This document shows, one piece after another, positions 39,288 through 48,072 of a stretch of 64,000 nt of DNA. The notes beneath the pieces were generated by a model. That model did no database searches and was not told where the DNA came from. It worked only from the letters and a program-made list of their open reading frames with translations. Source of the DNA: a virus; the IMG/VR virus record IMGVR_UViG_3300025121_000030, positions 34,269 through 98,268 of that record. One strand, 5' to 3'. Position 1 is the first letter of the stretch. Each line of letters opens with the position of its first letter. Made by a program: the position numbers and the translations under genes.

Positions 39288-40751
39288 ATGCCTTATATTG
39301 GAAGTAATAATAGAGGAACTAGTGTAGGAAGTAGTGGTTCAAATTTATATATATCTTCTGGGACAGTGGTAAAACCAACAATAATTTACAATACTGGTTT
39401 GGGTACTATAGCCGTAGGACAAGGAAAATTTAGATTTTATCATGATTCTGATTATACAGGAGTTATTACAGAACATACAATTTTAGAAATAACTTTACCT
39501 ATAATTGATAATATAACAAATTATCTTGTTGCTAAATATAATAATGGGAATCCTCAATATGAAATAATTTTAGATTTATCACTTATTGATTGGTCTAGTA
39601 TTATGCCTGTATATACAATTGCCAGAATAGGTGATAATATATCTGTAATTGATTGGGACGAACCTGGGCTTGGAGCGACTAATAAAAATCTTAGACGAAT
39701 TACTGAGACAAGAAGATTTGAAAGAATAAATGGGTTTGATTTAGCGGAAATAGAAACTAGAAATGTTAAAATAACTACTGGTAAAGCATGGCAAGGATTT
39801 TATAGAGGTGAATTACCAGAAGTAATTTCTAGCATAGATACAACATATTTATGGATTAATAATGGCAATGGAACATTTTCGCATAGTGTCATAACTCAAT
39901 ATCCAAATGATAAATATGATCCGGGTACTGGTACACTTGCAACTTTAACAGATGGGAAATATGCTGTAATATGGGTTTATCGTTGCATGTGTCGTTCTGA
40001 TATACTATCTGCTAGAATACATTTGTTTCTTTGTGATGAAGATGCTAGTTTAGATCAAGCAAAATATTGTTCTACTCCTGATATTCCTCAAGTAATTGCT
40101 ACAAATGCAATGCTTGTTGGTAGAATTATTGTTTTAAAAGGAACTAACACTGCAATACAAATTGATAATGCATTTGCAACTTTATTTGCTCCTTCTGCTG
40201 TAGCTAATAGTGGAGTTGTGATAGGTTCGGTTCAAATGTTTGCTGGTTTAATTGCTCCTTCTGGTTATCATCTTTGCGATGGATCAACAATATCAAGAAC
40301 AACATATGCTAGTTTATTTAATATAATTGGCACAACATATGGTGTAGGTAATGGTTCTACTACCTTTAATTTGCCAAATTTTAAAGGGAGAGTGCCAGTT
40401 GGTTATGATGCAACACAGATTGAATTTGATTCTATAGGTGAAACTGGGGGAGCAAAGACACATCAAATTACAACGAGTGAAATGCCCTCACACACTCATA
40501 CTTTTACAGGTAATGCGTTGCCTAGTCATGCCCATAATTATACAAGAGATGGGTATAATGATCAAGAAGTAGCCTCGAATACTGTACTAGGTGACGATGA
40601 ATATGTAGCAGATAACGAAACTGATACAACAAACAATACAAGTAGTGTTTCAGCAGGTACACCATCAGGAACAAATAGTTCAGAAGGTGGAAATACTGCG
40701 TTTAATATTATGAATCCATATATTACGTTATTGTATATAATAAAATATTAA
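39288..40751 (+). CDS. Tail fibre protein with tail collar domain
   Basis: GSVQMFAG..APSGYHLCDGSTISRTTYASLF..IGTTYG.GNGSTTFNLP..GRVPVG; HxH tip motifs; ends YIIKY. Confidence 0.85.
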   Translation: MPYIGSNNRGTSVGSSGSNLYISSGTVVKPTIIYNTGLGTIAVGQGKFRFYHDSDYTGVITEHTILEITLPIIDNITNYLVAKYNNGNPQYEIILDLSLIDWSSIMPVYTIARIGDNISVIDWDEPGLGATNKNLRRITETRRFERINGFDLAEIETRNVKITTGKAWQGFYRGELPEVISSIDTTYLWINNGNGTFSHSVITQYPNDKYDPGTGTLATLTDGKYAVIWVYRCMCRSDILSARIHLFLCDEDASLDQAKYCSTPDIPQVIATNAMLVGRIIVLKGTNTAIQIDNAFATLFAPSAVANSGVVIGSVQMFAGLIAPSGYHLCDGSTISRTTYASLFNIIGTTYGVGNGSTTFNLPNFKGRVPVGYDATQIEFDSIGETGGAKTHQITTSEMPSHTHTFTGNALPSHAHNYTRDGYNDQEVASNTVLGDDEYVADNETDTTNNTSSVSAGTPSGTNSSEGGNTAFNIMNPYITLLYIIKY

Positions 40752-40843
40752 ACCTAATCAATCATTCGATTTATTCAATTAAGTAGAGTAATATTACTTT
40801 ACTTAATATTTACAAATTTTTATAAAGGAAGTGAAATAATAAT

Positions 40844-41170
40844 ATGGCAAGTTTAATATATAGTGTTCTACATGACGCTACGACAACTATATCAGACGGG
40901 AAAATTATAAACATTAAAGAAGCAAAAGAATTAGGTTTATCAATAAGCGGAACATCAACTTCATTTACAGTAGAATTTTATGGGAGTATTGATGGTGTTA
41001 ATTATGATTTAATTGAAGGATCAAAAATGTCAAATAGTTTACCATTTATAACATCAACAATATCTGTTGGATTATTTTCAATTGATATTGCAGCTTTAGT
41101 TTATTTTAAAGCTAAAATTAGTGCTATTGCTAATGGGAATGTGTCTGTTACAGCACATGCAATAATTTAG
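40844..41170 (+). CDS. Small virion protein, paralog family B
   Basis: FYGSIDGVNY...GLFSIDIAAL..FKA..GNVSV. Confidence 0.6.
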   Translation: MASLIYSVLHDATTTISDGKIINIKEAKELGLSISGTSTSFTVEFYGSIDGVNYDLIEGSKMSNSLPFITSTISVGLFSIDIAALVYFKAKISAIANGNVSVTAHAII

Positions 41171-41191
41171 TGAATAAGGATGTGATAATAT

Positions 41192-41983
41192 ATGACTTTA
41201 AAAATAGTAGGTAATGTCAATGCTCAACTAACTGGTAGTAGAGGTTCGGTTATTGCGCATAGAACAGCGATAACTACAGCGGATAAAGTGCCTGTAATTA
41301 CTATAACCGCCGCAGATTCAGTAACAGCAGGAACGTTAACTGCTGTCAGTCATGGTATCGGTGTTGCTCCAGGAAATTCCTACGGTTCCGCTGGCGTATC
41401 TGCTTTGGTGACTGTTACGCCTACAGTAAATAAAAGTATAGATATAACTATTCCGCAATCCGCAGGTGCAGAACACTATGATATTTTTCTTTCTACGGCA
41501 ACTACCGCCCCGTTATGGGTAGTAAGAGTAACTGAGACGCAGAGGGAAACGGGTTGTGCTATTACGGCTGTTGGTACAGTTGGTGCAGGTGGTTCAGCAG
41601 GAATTGTAAACGTGCAGGTTGTTGGCACTGGCCTAGCAAGTACGGCAGTATTTTTTATAGCGAATAATGCTTATGTTTTTGGTAGTATAGGGGCGATTTC
41701 CTGTGTAGGAAAAACAAAGGCTTACATTTACGTGAAACCAATTCTAACGGATTTACGCTCTGCGCCTTCTGTTAGTATAATACCGTTTTTCCGTAAAAAC
41801 GACACTTCGGATGATTGGTACGCTGTGGAGGCACAATCAATAACTCTTTTAGGTGGTATAAGCGGTCAACCACTTAATCAAGTAGTAGTGATAGATGTTA
41901 ATTCAGTACGCAATTTAATTGTTTTGGTCGATTTAATATCTGGTGAAGGAACCACAGTAAATATTGATGTGGAACTATATTAG
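41192..41983 (+). CDS. Hypothetical virion protein (higher-GC cassette)
   Basis: Ala/Gly/Thr/Val-rich; GC visibly above background. Confidence 0.6.
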   Translation: MTLKIVGNVNAQLTGSRGSVIAHRTAITTADKVPVITITAADSVTAGTLTAVSHGIGVAPGNSYGSAGVSALVTVTPTVNKSIDITIPQSAGAEHYDIFLSTATTAPLWVVRVTETQRETGCAITAVGTVGAGGSAGIVNVQVVGTGLASTAVFFIANNAYVFGSIGAISCVGKTKAYIYVKPILTDLRSAPSVSIIPFFRKNDTSDDWYAVEAQSITLLGGISGQPLNQVVVIDVNSVRNLIVLVDLISGEGTTVNIDVELY

Positions 41984-41994
41984 GTGGTGCTAAT

Positions 41995-42714
41995 ATGAAA
42001 ATTCTAACCACCCCACCAATGATAAGAGGCCTAGAGGGTATAAACAGAGATGACCTACTTGCGGAGTACCGTTGTGATGAATTAGGCGATACCCTAATTG
42101 ATTATTCGGGAAACGGCAATCACGGAACTTTTGGTATTGGTGGAAATAAACCAACAAGAACGCCTTTTGGAATAGATTTTTATGATGATTACATAACCTT
42201 GCCCGACACAATCAAAAACGCTTTGTCAGTCCAAAATGATTTTACAATTATTACTGCCGGGATTGCTAGTGGTGGGAGTATTTTGGGTTCAGCAGTTAGT
42301 GCTACGGACAGACTACTTCTTAATGCCTCTCCTGGCATATCAACAAACTTAAGTCCATACTTGAAATATATGAGAGGGTGCTTAAATATTGGGCCGACAA
42401 CAGTAACGCAATTAGCAAAAGCGGCAGGTTCGTTTGATTTATATAAACTACATGTTTTTGCCTATGGGTATAGTAAGTTTTTCGATAAGGGAAAAATGAT
42501 TATTGATAAGGAATTATACGGGCACATATCGGCTGCTAACCCCTCTACTGTCGTAGGGTGCCGTGTTGGTGCACAGACAAACGGTGCTCCGTTTTGGGTT
42601 GGTACGTTGTATTATATGCTTATATATTCAAAGTTTCTTAGTAATAGCATGGTGCAAAAACAGCACAGAGTTATTAAAAAAATTTTAAAACAAAGAGGTG
42701 TTATTTTACCATGA
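41995..42714 (+). CDS. LamG/concanavalin-like domain protein
   Basis: LLAEY....LIDYSGNGNHGT...DDYI...FTII...G.LYY..IYSK.LS pattern. Confidence 0.7.
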   Translation: MKILTTPPMIRGLEGINRDDLLAEYRCDELGDTLIDYSGNGNHGTFGIGGNKPTRTPFGIDFYDDYITLPDTIKNALSVQNDFTIITAGIASGGSILGSAVSATDRLLLNASPGISTNLSPYLKYMRGCLNIGPTTVTQLAKAAGSFDLYKLHVFAYGYSKFFDKGKMIIDKELYGHISAANPSTVVGCRVGAQTNGAPFWVGTLYYMLIYSKFLSNSMVQKQHRVIKKILKQRGVILP

Positions 42715-42944
42715 TATTTTATTATATCATTTGGCCAAGCTTGGAAAGTTTTGAGAGCACAGAAGTACCATTGCCTAGTGGTCAAATACTTGGCGATCCT
42801 AAAGTGGATATATACGGTCGCAGACTATCCCGGTATGACGAAACACAACTCACTCAGGCAGATTTAGACTATTTCAACAGCATGGACGGCGTAATTGTTC
42901 AGACGTATCCACCGGAACCTTGGATTGAACCTGAATACGAATAA
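42711..42944 (+). CDS. Small acidic hypothetical protein
   Basis: RBS gaggtg; ATGA overlap; ends W..PE, resembling fibre-associated small proteins. Confidence 0.55.
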   Translation: MIFYYIIWPSLESFESTEVPLPSGQILGDPKVDIYGRRLSRYDETQLTQADLDYFNSMDGVIVQTYPPEPWIEPEYE

Positions 42945-43056
42945 GACAATTAATGAAGGTGCGAGAGTTCGGTTATTCATATAGTAGATAATTAGATATT
43001 TAATACATAGTAATTGTATATTTTTTTTATATTTATAATCAATTTATAATAGTAAT

Positions 43057-43113
43057 ATAAAAATAACTAGGTAAGATTAGAGTTTAATATATCTCCTACC
43101 TAGTTATTTTTAT
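43057..43113. terminator. Long hairpin/bidirectional terminator
   Basis: tataaaaataactaggta...tacctagttatttttata. Confidence 0.6.
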
Positions 43114-43125
43114 ATATTTTTACAT

Positions 43126-43159
43126 TTTTCATGACAAAAGCGTTATTTCGTGATGATTT
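43126..43159. repeat. Imperfect palindromic site, copy b
   Basis: tcatg-acaaaa-gcgtta-tttcgt-gatga; same format as 33963. Confidence 0.5.
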
Positions 43160-43318
43160 ATGATTATTTTGGAGTGAAGAAACCCTTGAAATATAAGGGT
43201 TTTATTTTTTGTGATTTTAGAGAAATTTAAATTAGAGATAACTACCTTAGTTTTTTAGGGTGGTTATTTTTGTTTTAAAGATAAATTTATTATTAATTAA
43301 AGATTAAGGAGTGTTTAT

Positions 43319-43813
43319 ATGGCAAGATCGAAATTTAATGTAAATACCTCATCAAAATCAAAAGAAAAAAGAACATTAAATGGATACACTTTTTCAAGTG
43401 ATTTGGAATATAAATTCTATGTTTATCTCCTATCAAAACAAGAAAAAGGAATAGTTAAAAATATAACAATTCAACCTAGATATTTACTTCAAAAAAAATT
43501 TGTTAAACATGGTAAGATATATCAGCCAATTTACTATATTCCAGATTTTGAAGTAGAGTATATAAATGGAGATATAATAAATTTCGACACAAAAGGATTT
43601 TCTACACCAGATTTTTTACTTAAGGCCAAGATTTGGAATTACGTCTACCCTGATAAAGTTTTAAGAGTTATAAATTATAGTAAAATTGATGGCAATGATG
43701 AAAATGAAGGATGGTGCGATGTAAAAGTTATTGAGAAAGGAAGAAAAGAGAGAAAGAAAGCAAAGGAATTAAAAAATAAATTAAAAAAATATAAAAATAA
43801 AACGGAGGATTGA
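43319..43813 (+). CDS. DUF1064-family PD-(D/E)XK nuclease-like protein
   Basis: SKFN..GYTFSS..E..Y..L..QPRYLLQ..Y.PDF...DTKG..T. Confidence 0.75.
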   Translation: MARSKFNVNTSSKSKEKRTLNGYTFSSDLEYKFYVYLLSKQEKGIVKNITIQPRYLLQKKFVKHGKIYQPIYYIPDFEVEYINGDIINFDTKGFSTPDFLLKAKIWNYVYPDKVLRVINYSKIDGNDENEGWCDVKVIEKGRKERKKAKELKNKLKKYKNKTED

Positions 43814-43820
43814 TTCAAAC

Positions 43821-44438
43821 ATGTCAAAAAATAAACCATTAACCCTTAGTACATTAAAAAAATTGGATGCACAATTAAATGAAACATTGCAAGTAACTTT
43901 ATCAAATTCTAGTACTATTCTATTTGATTTACATTTTCGTCAAACTATTATTGAAGAAGTTTTCAACAAATTAATTTCAATAAATAAACTTATACAAGAA
44001 GATGAAACTTTAAAAAATTTCCCAATGGATAGGTACACACAATTATTAATTATTACTCATTTTACATCTTTGAAGAATATTGAAACTAAAACATTGTCAG
44101 ATGAATTAGAATTAATGAATCAATTGATAGATTTGGATTTATTTAAAGAGATATTAGAGAAAATGGAGATTGAAATACCTGATGAAATTAAGAAATTTAA
44201 TGAGAAAATATTTGAGATAATGCAGGAAAAATTGGATAGTCTGAAGCAACAAGAGGAATTTATGAGGTTAATGAATGAAGAAATGGAAAAACAGAAAATG
44301 ATTGGTGATGTTGAATTAGTGGACAATAGTTTGGTTGATAAAAGTGATAATATTATAGATATTGTTTCTGATAAGACAGATGAAATTGTGACGGATGAAG
44401 TGGATGAAGTAGTTAGTAAGATTGAAATTACAGAATAA
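43821..44438 (+). CDS. Putative tail assembly chaperone (YomO-like)
   Basis: LTL..LKK N-terminus; II.HFTSL motif; synteny. Confidence 0.5.
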   Translation: MSKNKPLTLSTLKKLDAQLNETLQVTLSNSSTILFDLHFRQTIIEEVFNKLISINKLIQEDETLKNFPMDRYTQLLIITHFTSLKNIETKTLSDELELMNQLIDLDLFKEILEKMEIEIPDEIKKFNEKIFEIMQEKLDSLKQQEEFMRLMNEEMEKQKMIGDVELVDNSLVDKSDNIIDIVSDKTDEIVTDEVDEVVSKIEITE

Positions 44439-44535
44439 TAAAATAAATAATAAGTACAATAATTATAATAACAATATTTCAATAGATTAAAGGACATTTC
44501 TTAATTGATGTGTCCTTATTTGTGTTGAAATACAC

Positions 44536-44635
44536 AATGAGCAAACTAGGGTCGCTCCCGAAAAGTGAATCCTTACACCTGTTTGCTTATTAATATTTTA
44601 TATAAGGAAATCAAAAATAAAAACAATAAAAGGAG
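44536..44635 (+). ncRNA. Structured leader RNA, copy 7
   Basis: P1 aatgagcaaac/gtttgcttatt; P2 ggg/ccc; P3 gtg/cac. Loop tcctta pairs with taagga (44603-08) and aagga at the RBS. Confidence 0.7.
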
Positions 44636-44644
44636 TTGTTGTAA

Positions 44645-46471
44645 ATGTTAGTAAAATGTATGGTAGACAAAAAGACGTTTAGTAAAAAACCTAATGGGGA
44701 TGAATCTAAAGGAATTCAATTCAGATTAACTCAAACAGAAATTGAAATTGAAGAATTAGCTAATTTATTAAGCAATGGAGCAACTTTTAAACCAGCATTA
44801 CTTAAAGGTAGAAAAAGTATAGATTGGATTAGTCAACAAATATTTGCTTTAGATTTTGATAAAGATACTACTATTGAAAAAGAATTAAATAATTGTAGAG
44901 ATTTAAATATATTGCCTGTATTTGGTTATAAAACATTTTCATATACTCAATATAAAGAAAAATTTAGATTAGTATTTTGTAGTAATATAGTAATAACCAA
45001 TGTAGATATTAGAAATAAATTTCAAAAATTATTAATAGAATTATTTCCTAATAGTGATTCTGTAACATTTGATCCTACTAGATTATTCTTTGGTGGAAAA
45101 GAATTAATAAATTGTGATTATAATAATAGAATAAATATTAATAATATTATGGTAAAATATAAAGATAAATTAGATAATATAATAAATAAATCTGATTCAT
45201 CGTCTGTGAGCTTAATCAATACTAATACAATAAATTCTTTTTCTATTAGTATGCGGAAACCTCAGACCCCTTCCCCTTCAAGGGTTTTAGAGGATTTTTC
45301 TCACATTAATGCTATAAAAAATTTAGATTATATATTGATGAAAAACCTTCTTCAGATTAATGGTGATAAAATAATATGTACAAATAAACAAGAAGTTTAT
45401 GATTATATTAATGGAATAGATTTATGTGAATTTACAAATATACATAGCATGGTAAATTGCATATTACCAAATCATCAAGATGATACTCCTTCTGCACATA
45501 TCTATACAACTGATAGTGGGACACAAATATATAAATGTTTTGGATGTGATGCAAAATATACAATAATATCTTTAGTAGAAAAATTAGCAAAATGTAAAAG
45601 AATTAAAGCAATTGAATTTATTAAGAAAATATATAATATTGAATTGCAACAAACAGAATGGCAAAAACAACAACTAGAAATACTTGATACTAATATTGAA
45701 TTATTATTATCAGAAGAATTTAAAGAAATATATCCTCAACTTCATTCTTTAATAAGGACAAGAAAAAATAATATTATAGCATTAAATAACTTTGCCAAAA
45801 TGAATATTAAAGATGAAGATTTTTGCGTAGAAGAAAATCCATTATTTTTTGCCTCTTTAACTAAAATAATGGATGTATTTGGTTCAAAAGATAGAACAAA
45901 AACTTCTCAAAGTATTACGTTATTTGCTTTGTTAAGTTTGTTAAATAAAATACCTCATGATAATTTACCTGAAGAAATACATAATAAGGCAAAACATATT
46001 GCAGCAAAATATAACCTTACTAAATTAGTTAACTTTTATAGTATAGAGCAATATGGAGTAAATTCATTAGAAGAAAGTAATAAAATTGCAAAAATATTAA
46101 AAGATAATAACATATCCTTGAGAGGAATATCTAGGGAATATTTATTAAGAACATTTGGTATAGAATTAACTAATAAAATATATCCTCAATATGTTTATGA
46201 AAATAAATTAGGGACTTCTGAACAATCTAATGAAGAAACTAATAAAATAGCAAATTATATTTTAGAAACTATTGAAAAAAATGGTTATATTTTAGAGAAA
46301 GAATTAAAAGTTAATAATATAACTGAATTACAATGGAAACGTAGTATTCAAGAAATATTAGATGGTTATGGTTTAATTAAAATAACTGCTAATAAAGAAA
46401 TAAAATTAAAATATAATATTAATGTTGCTGAAAGAAGTTATCCTAAAATTATTGTTAAGGGAGGTGAATAA
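44645..46471 (+). CDS. Primase-polymerase-like protein with CHC2 zinc finger
   Basis: IFALDFD, TFSY...KFRLVF and DPTRLFFG (AEP-like); CILPNHQDDTPSA..YKCFGC zinc finger. Confidence 0.7.
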   Translation: MLVKCMVDKKTFSKKPNGDESKGIQFRLTQTEIEIEELANLLSNGATFKPALLKGRKSIDWISQQIFALDFDKDTTIEKELNNCRDLNILPVFGYKTFSYTQYKEKFRLVFCSNIVITNVDIRNKFQKLLIELFPNSDSVTFDPTRLFFGGKELINCDYNNRININNIMVKYKDKLDNIINKSDSSSVSLINTNTINSFSISMRKPQTPSPSRVLEDFSHINAIKNLDYILMKNLLQINGDKIICTNKQEVYDYINGIDLCEFTNIHSMVNCILPNHQDDTPSAHIYTTDSGTQIYKCFGCDAKYTIISLVEKLAKCKRIKAIEFIKKIYNIELQQTEWQKQQLEILDTNIELLLSEEFKEIYPQLHSLIRTRKNNIIALNNFAKMNIKDEDFCVEENPLFFASLTKIMDVFGSKDRTKTSQSITLFALLSLLNKIPHDNLPEEIHNKAKHIAAKYNLTKLVNFYSIEQYGVNSLEESNKIAKILKDNNISLRGISREYLLRTFGIELTNKIYPQYVYENKLGTSEQSNEETNKIANYILETIEKNGYILEKELKVNNITELQWKRSIQEILDGYGLIKITANKEIKLKYNINVAERSYPKIIVKGGE

Positions 46472-46472
46472 A

Positions 46473-46910
46473 ATTCCCTCCTTACAACAACAATTATTAG
46501 AGATTGAGAAAAAGATTCAATCTAAAATAAAATCTGCAATGCAGAATGAATTATCTCAACAGTCAAAAACGACTATCCAGATGCATGTTGTTACAGATGT
46601 TTATAATGTATATGAACCTACTTCATATTCTCGTTCTTACGACCAAGGAGGTCTATTAGACCGTGACAATATAGAAACTAAGATGATTGATAATAATACT
46701 TTAAGGATAGAAAATATTCGTAGAGATGAGTTAGATGGAAGAATGGTGGATAAAATTATAGAATATGGTAAAGGTTACTGGACTCAAACTCTTGATGATA
46801 TAATTGGAGCAAGACCTTTTATTCATAATAGTTTTATAGATTTAAAGAATGGTAAAGCTAGAGATGCCTTAAAACGGGGACTCATCAGGGAAGGATTGAA
46901 TATTAAATAG
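46473..46910 (+). CDS. Tail completion-like protein (YomN/HK97 gp10-like; probable ATT start)
   Basis: RBS ggaggtga then in-frame ATT; DVY..YEP..Y.R..GGL.D, IE.G and ARPF motifs. Confidence 0.6.
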   Translation: MPSLQQQLLEIEKKIQSKIKSAMQNELSQQSKTTIQMHVVTDVYNVYEPTSYSRSYDQGGLLDRDNIETKMIDNNTLRIENIRRDELDGRMVDKIIEYGKGYWTQTLDDIIGARPFIHNSFIDLKNGKARDALKRGLIREGLNIK

Positions 46911-46989
46911 TATCTTCTCCGCTCACATAAAGAATAAAATTAAAATATAAATTCCCTAAAATATATCTAAAAATATTTCAAAATACCTG

Positions 46990-47018
46990 TTGACAGAATC
47001 ATAATATAATTATATAAT
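46990..47018 (+). promoter_or_regulatory. SigA-type promoter for the HU-like gene
   Basis: TTGACA-17-TATAAT. Confidence 0.85.
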
Positions 47019-47088
47019 GTGAACAACCTCGGAAAACAAATATCTGAGGAATAAAAATAAAATAATATAAAAGGAGAAATGATTTATT

Positions 47089-47454
47089 ATGACTAAGAAA
47101 GAACTCATGAACCGCTACCAGGAAGTATTAAACGAAAAGAAAGAAGCATTTGAGGCAGACAAGGTTGAGAAATCAAAGAAAATTTCTAAAAAAGAAGCAG
47201 AATTTTACGGAGAATGTTTTCTGGATTTAATTATGGATACTGTTGCAAATGAGGATTTGAAAATAGTGGGTTTTGGAAATTTTGAGAAGAAATTTAAAGA
47301 AGGTAAAACTGGTACTATTAATGTTGGACCGAAAAAAGGTGAAGAATATAATAGTGTAGACCATTTTGTGATTAGTTTTAAGGCAGGTAAGGGTTTTAAG
47401 AATAAAGTTAATGGCATTGTTAGTGAAAGTGGTGATGAAGTTAGTGGTGAATAG
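47089..47454 (+). CDS. HU/IHF-family DNA-binding protein
   Basis: MTKKEL..ISKKEA...IVGFGNFE...FKAGK..K. Confidence 0.85.
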   Translation: MTKKELMNRYQEVLNEKKEAFEADKVEKSKKISKKEAEFYGECFLDLIMDTVANEDLKIVGFGNFEKKFKEGKTGTINVGPKKGEEYNSVDHFVISFKAGKGFKNKVNGIVSESGDEVSGE

Positions 47455-47627
47455 AGATATTAGTAGGGATAAGAGAAATGAAGATGAATGGGGTTAATAC
47501 ATAGTAGTTAATTAAATAGAGTAAAGATATTAAAATTTATCTTTACTCTATAAAAATAACTTAACACATAGAAACATCAAAGATATAACTCAAAACTTAA
47601 AATTTAAAATTAAAAGGAGAAATTAAC

Positions 47628-47780
47628 ATGACTACAGAAAAAATGACTATCCATAAAGCATTAGCGGAATTAAAAATTATCGGAGATAGAATCAACAATT
47701 CCATCACCACAACTCCATCACCACAGCAACCTTTATTAAAGCAAATAAACATTCCAATGAGAAAATTAATAATATAATTT
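47628..47780 (+). pseudogene. Truncated, frameshifted phage gene remnant
   Basis: RBS aaggag; MTTEKMTIHKALAELKIIGDRINNSITT; an imperfect 14-bp tandem duplication (47697-47724) shifts the frame away from ATFIKANKHSNEKIN. Confidence 0.55.
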
Positions 47781-47825
47781 AAATGGAGATGATTAATTAT
47801 AGGTCGAAAATTTACATATGAAGAG

Positions 47826-48060
47826 GTCAACAGCCCACGAGCCTAAAGGCATCGGGGCTTGTAGGAGATAATATCAATTACAAGTCAGTTGAATAGCCTA
47901 AGTATTTGATTACTACGTTATATAAGAATATATAGTTACCTACGGATACTTCTCTAGTCTGTAGCTCTAAGCTTTAATATTAAACATTTCTAAGGGTAGG
48001 AGAAGTGTATTAAAGATTTAAAACCTTATATAACATTGGCGAAGAGAACTTACTCTGAAA
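47826..48060 (+). ncRNA. omegaRNA (HEARO-type) scaffold
   Basis: gtcaac...agcctaag..ctacgtt..tacctacgga..ctagtc..gctct..aacattggcgaag motifs directly upstream of iscB. Confidence 0.85.
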
Positions 48061-48072
48061 GGAGGACATAAC

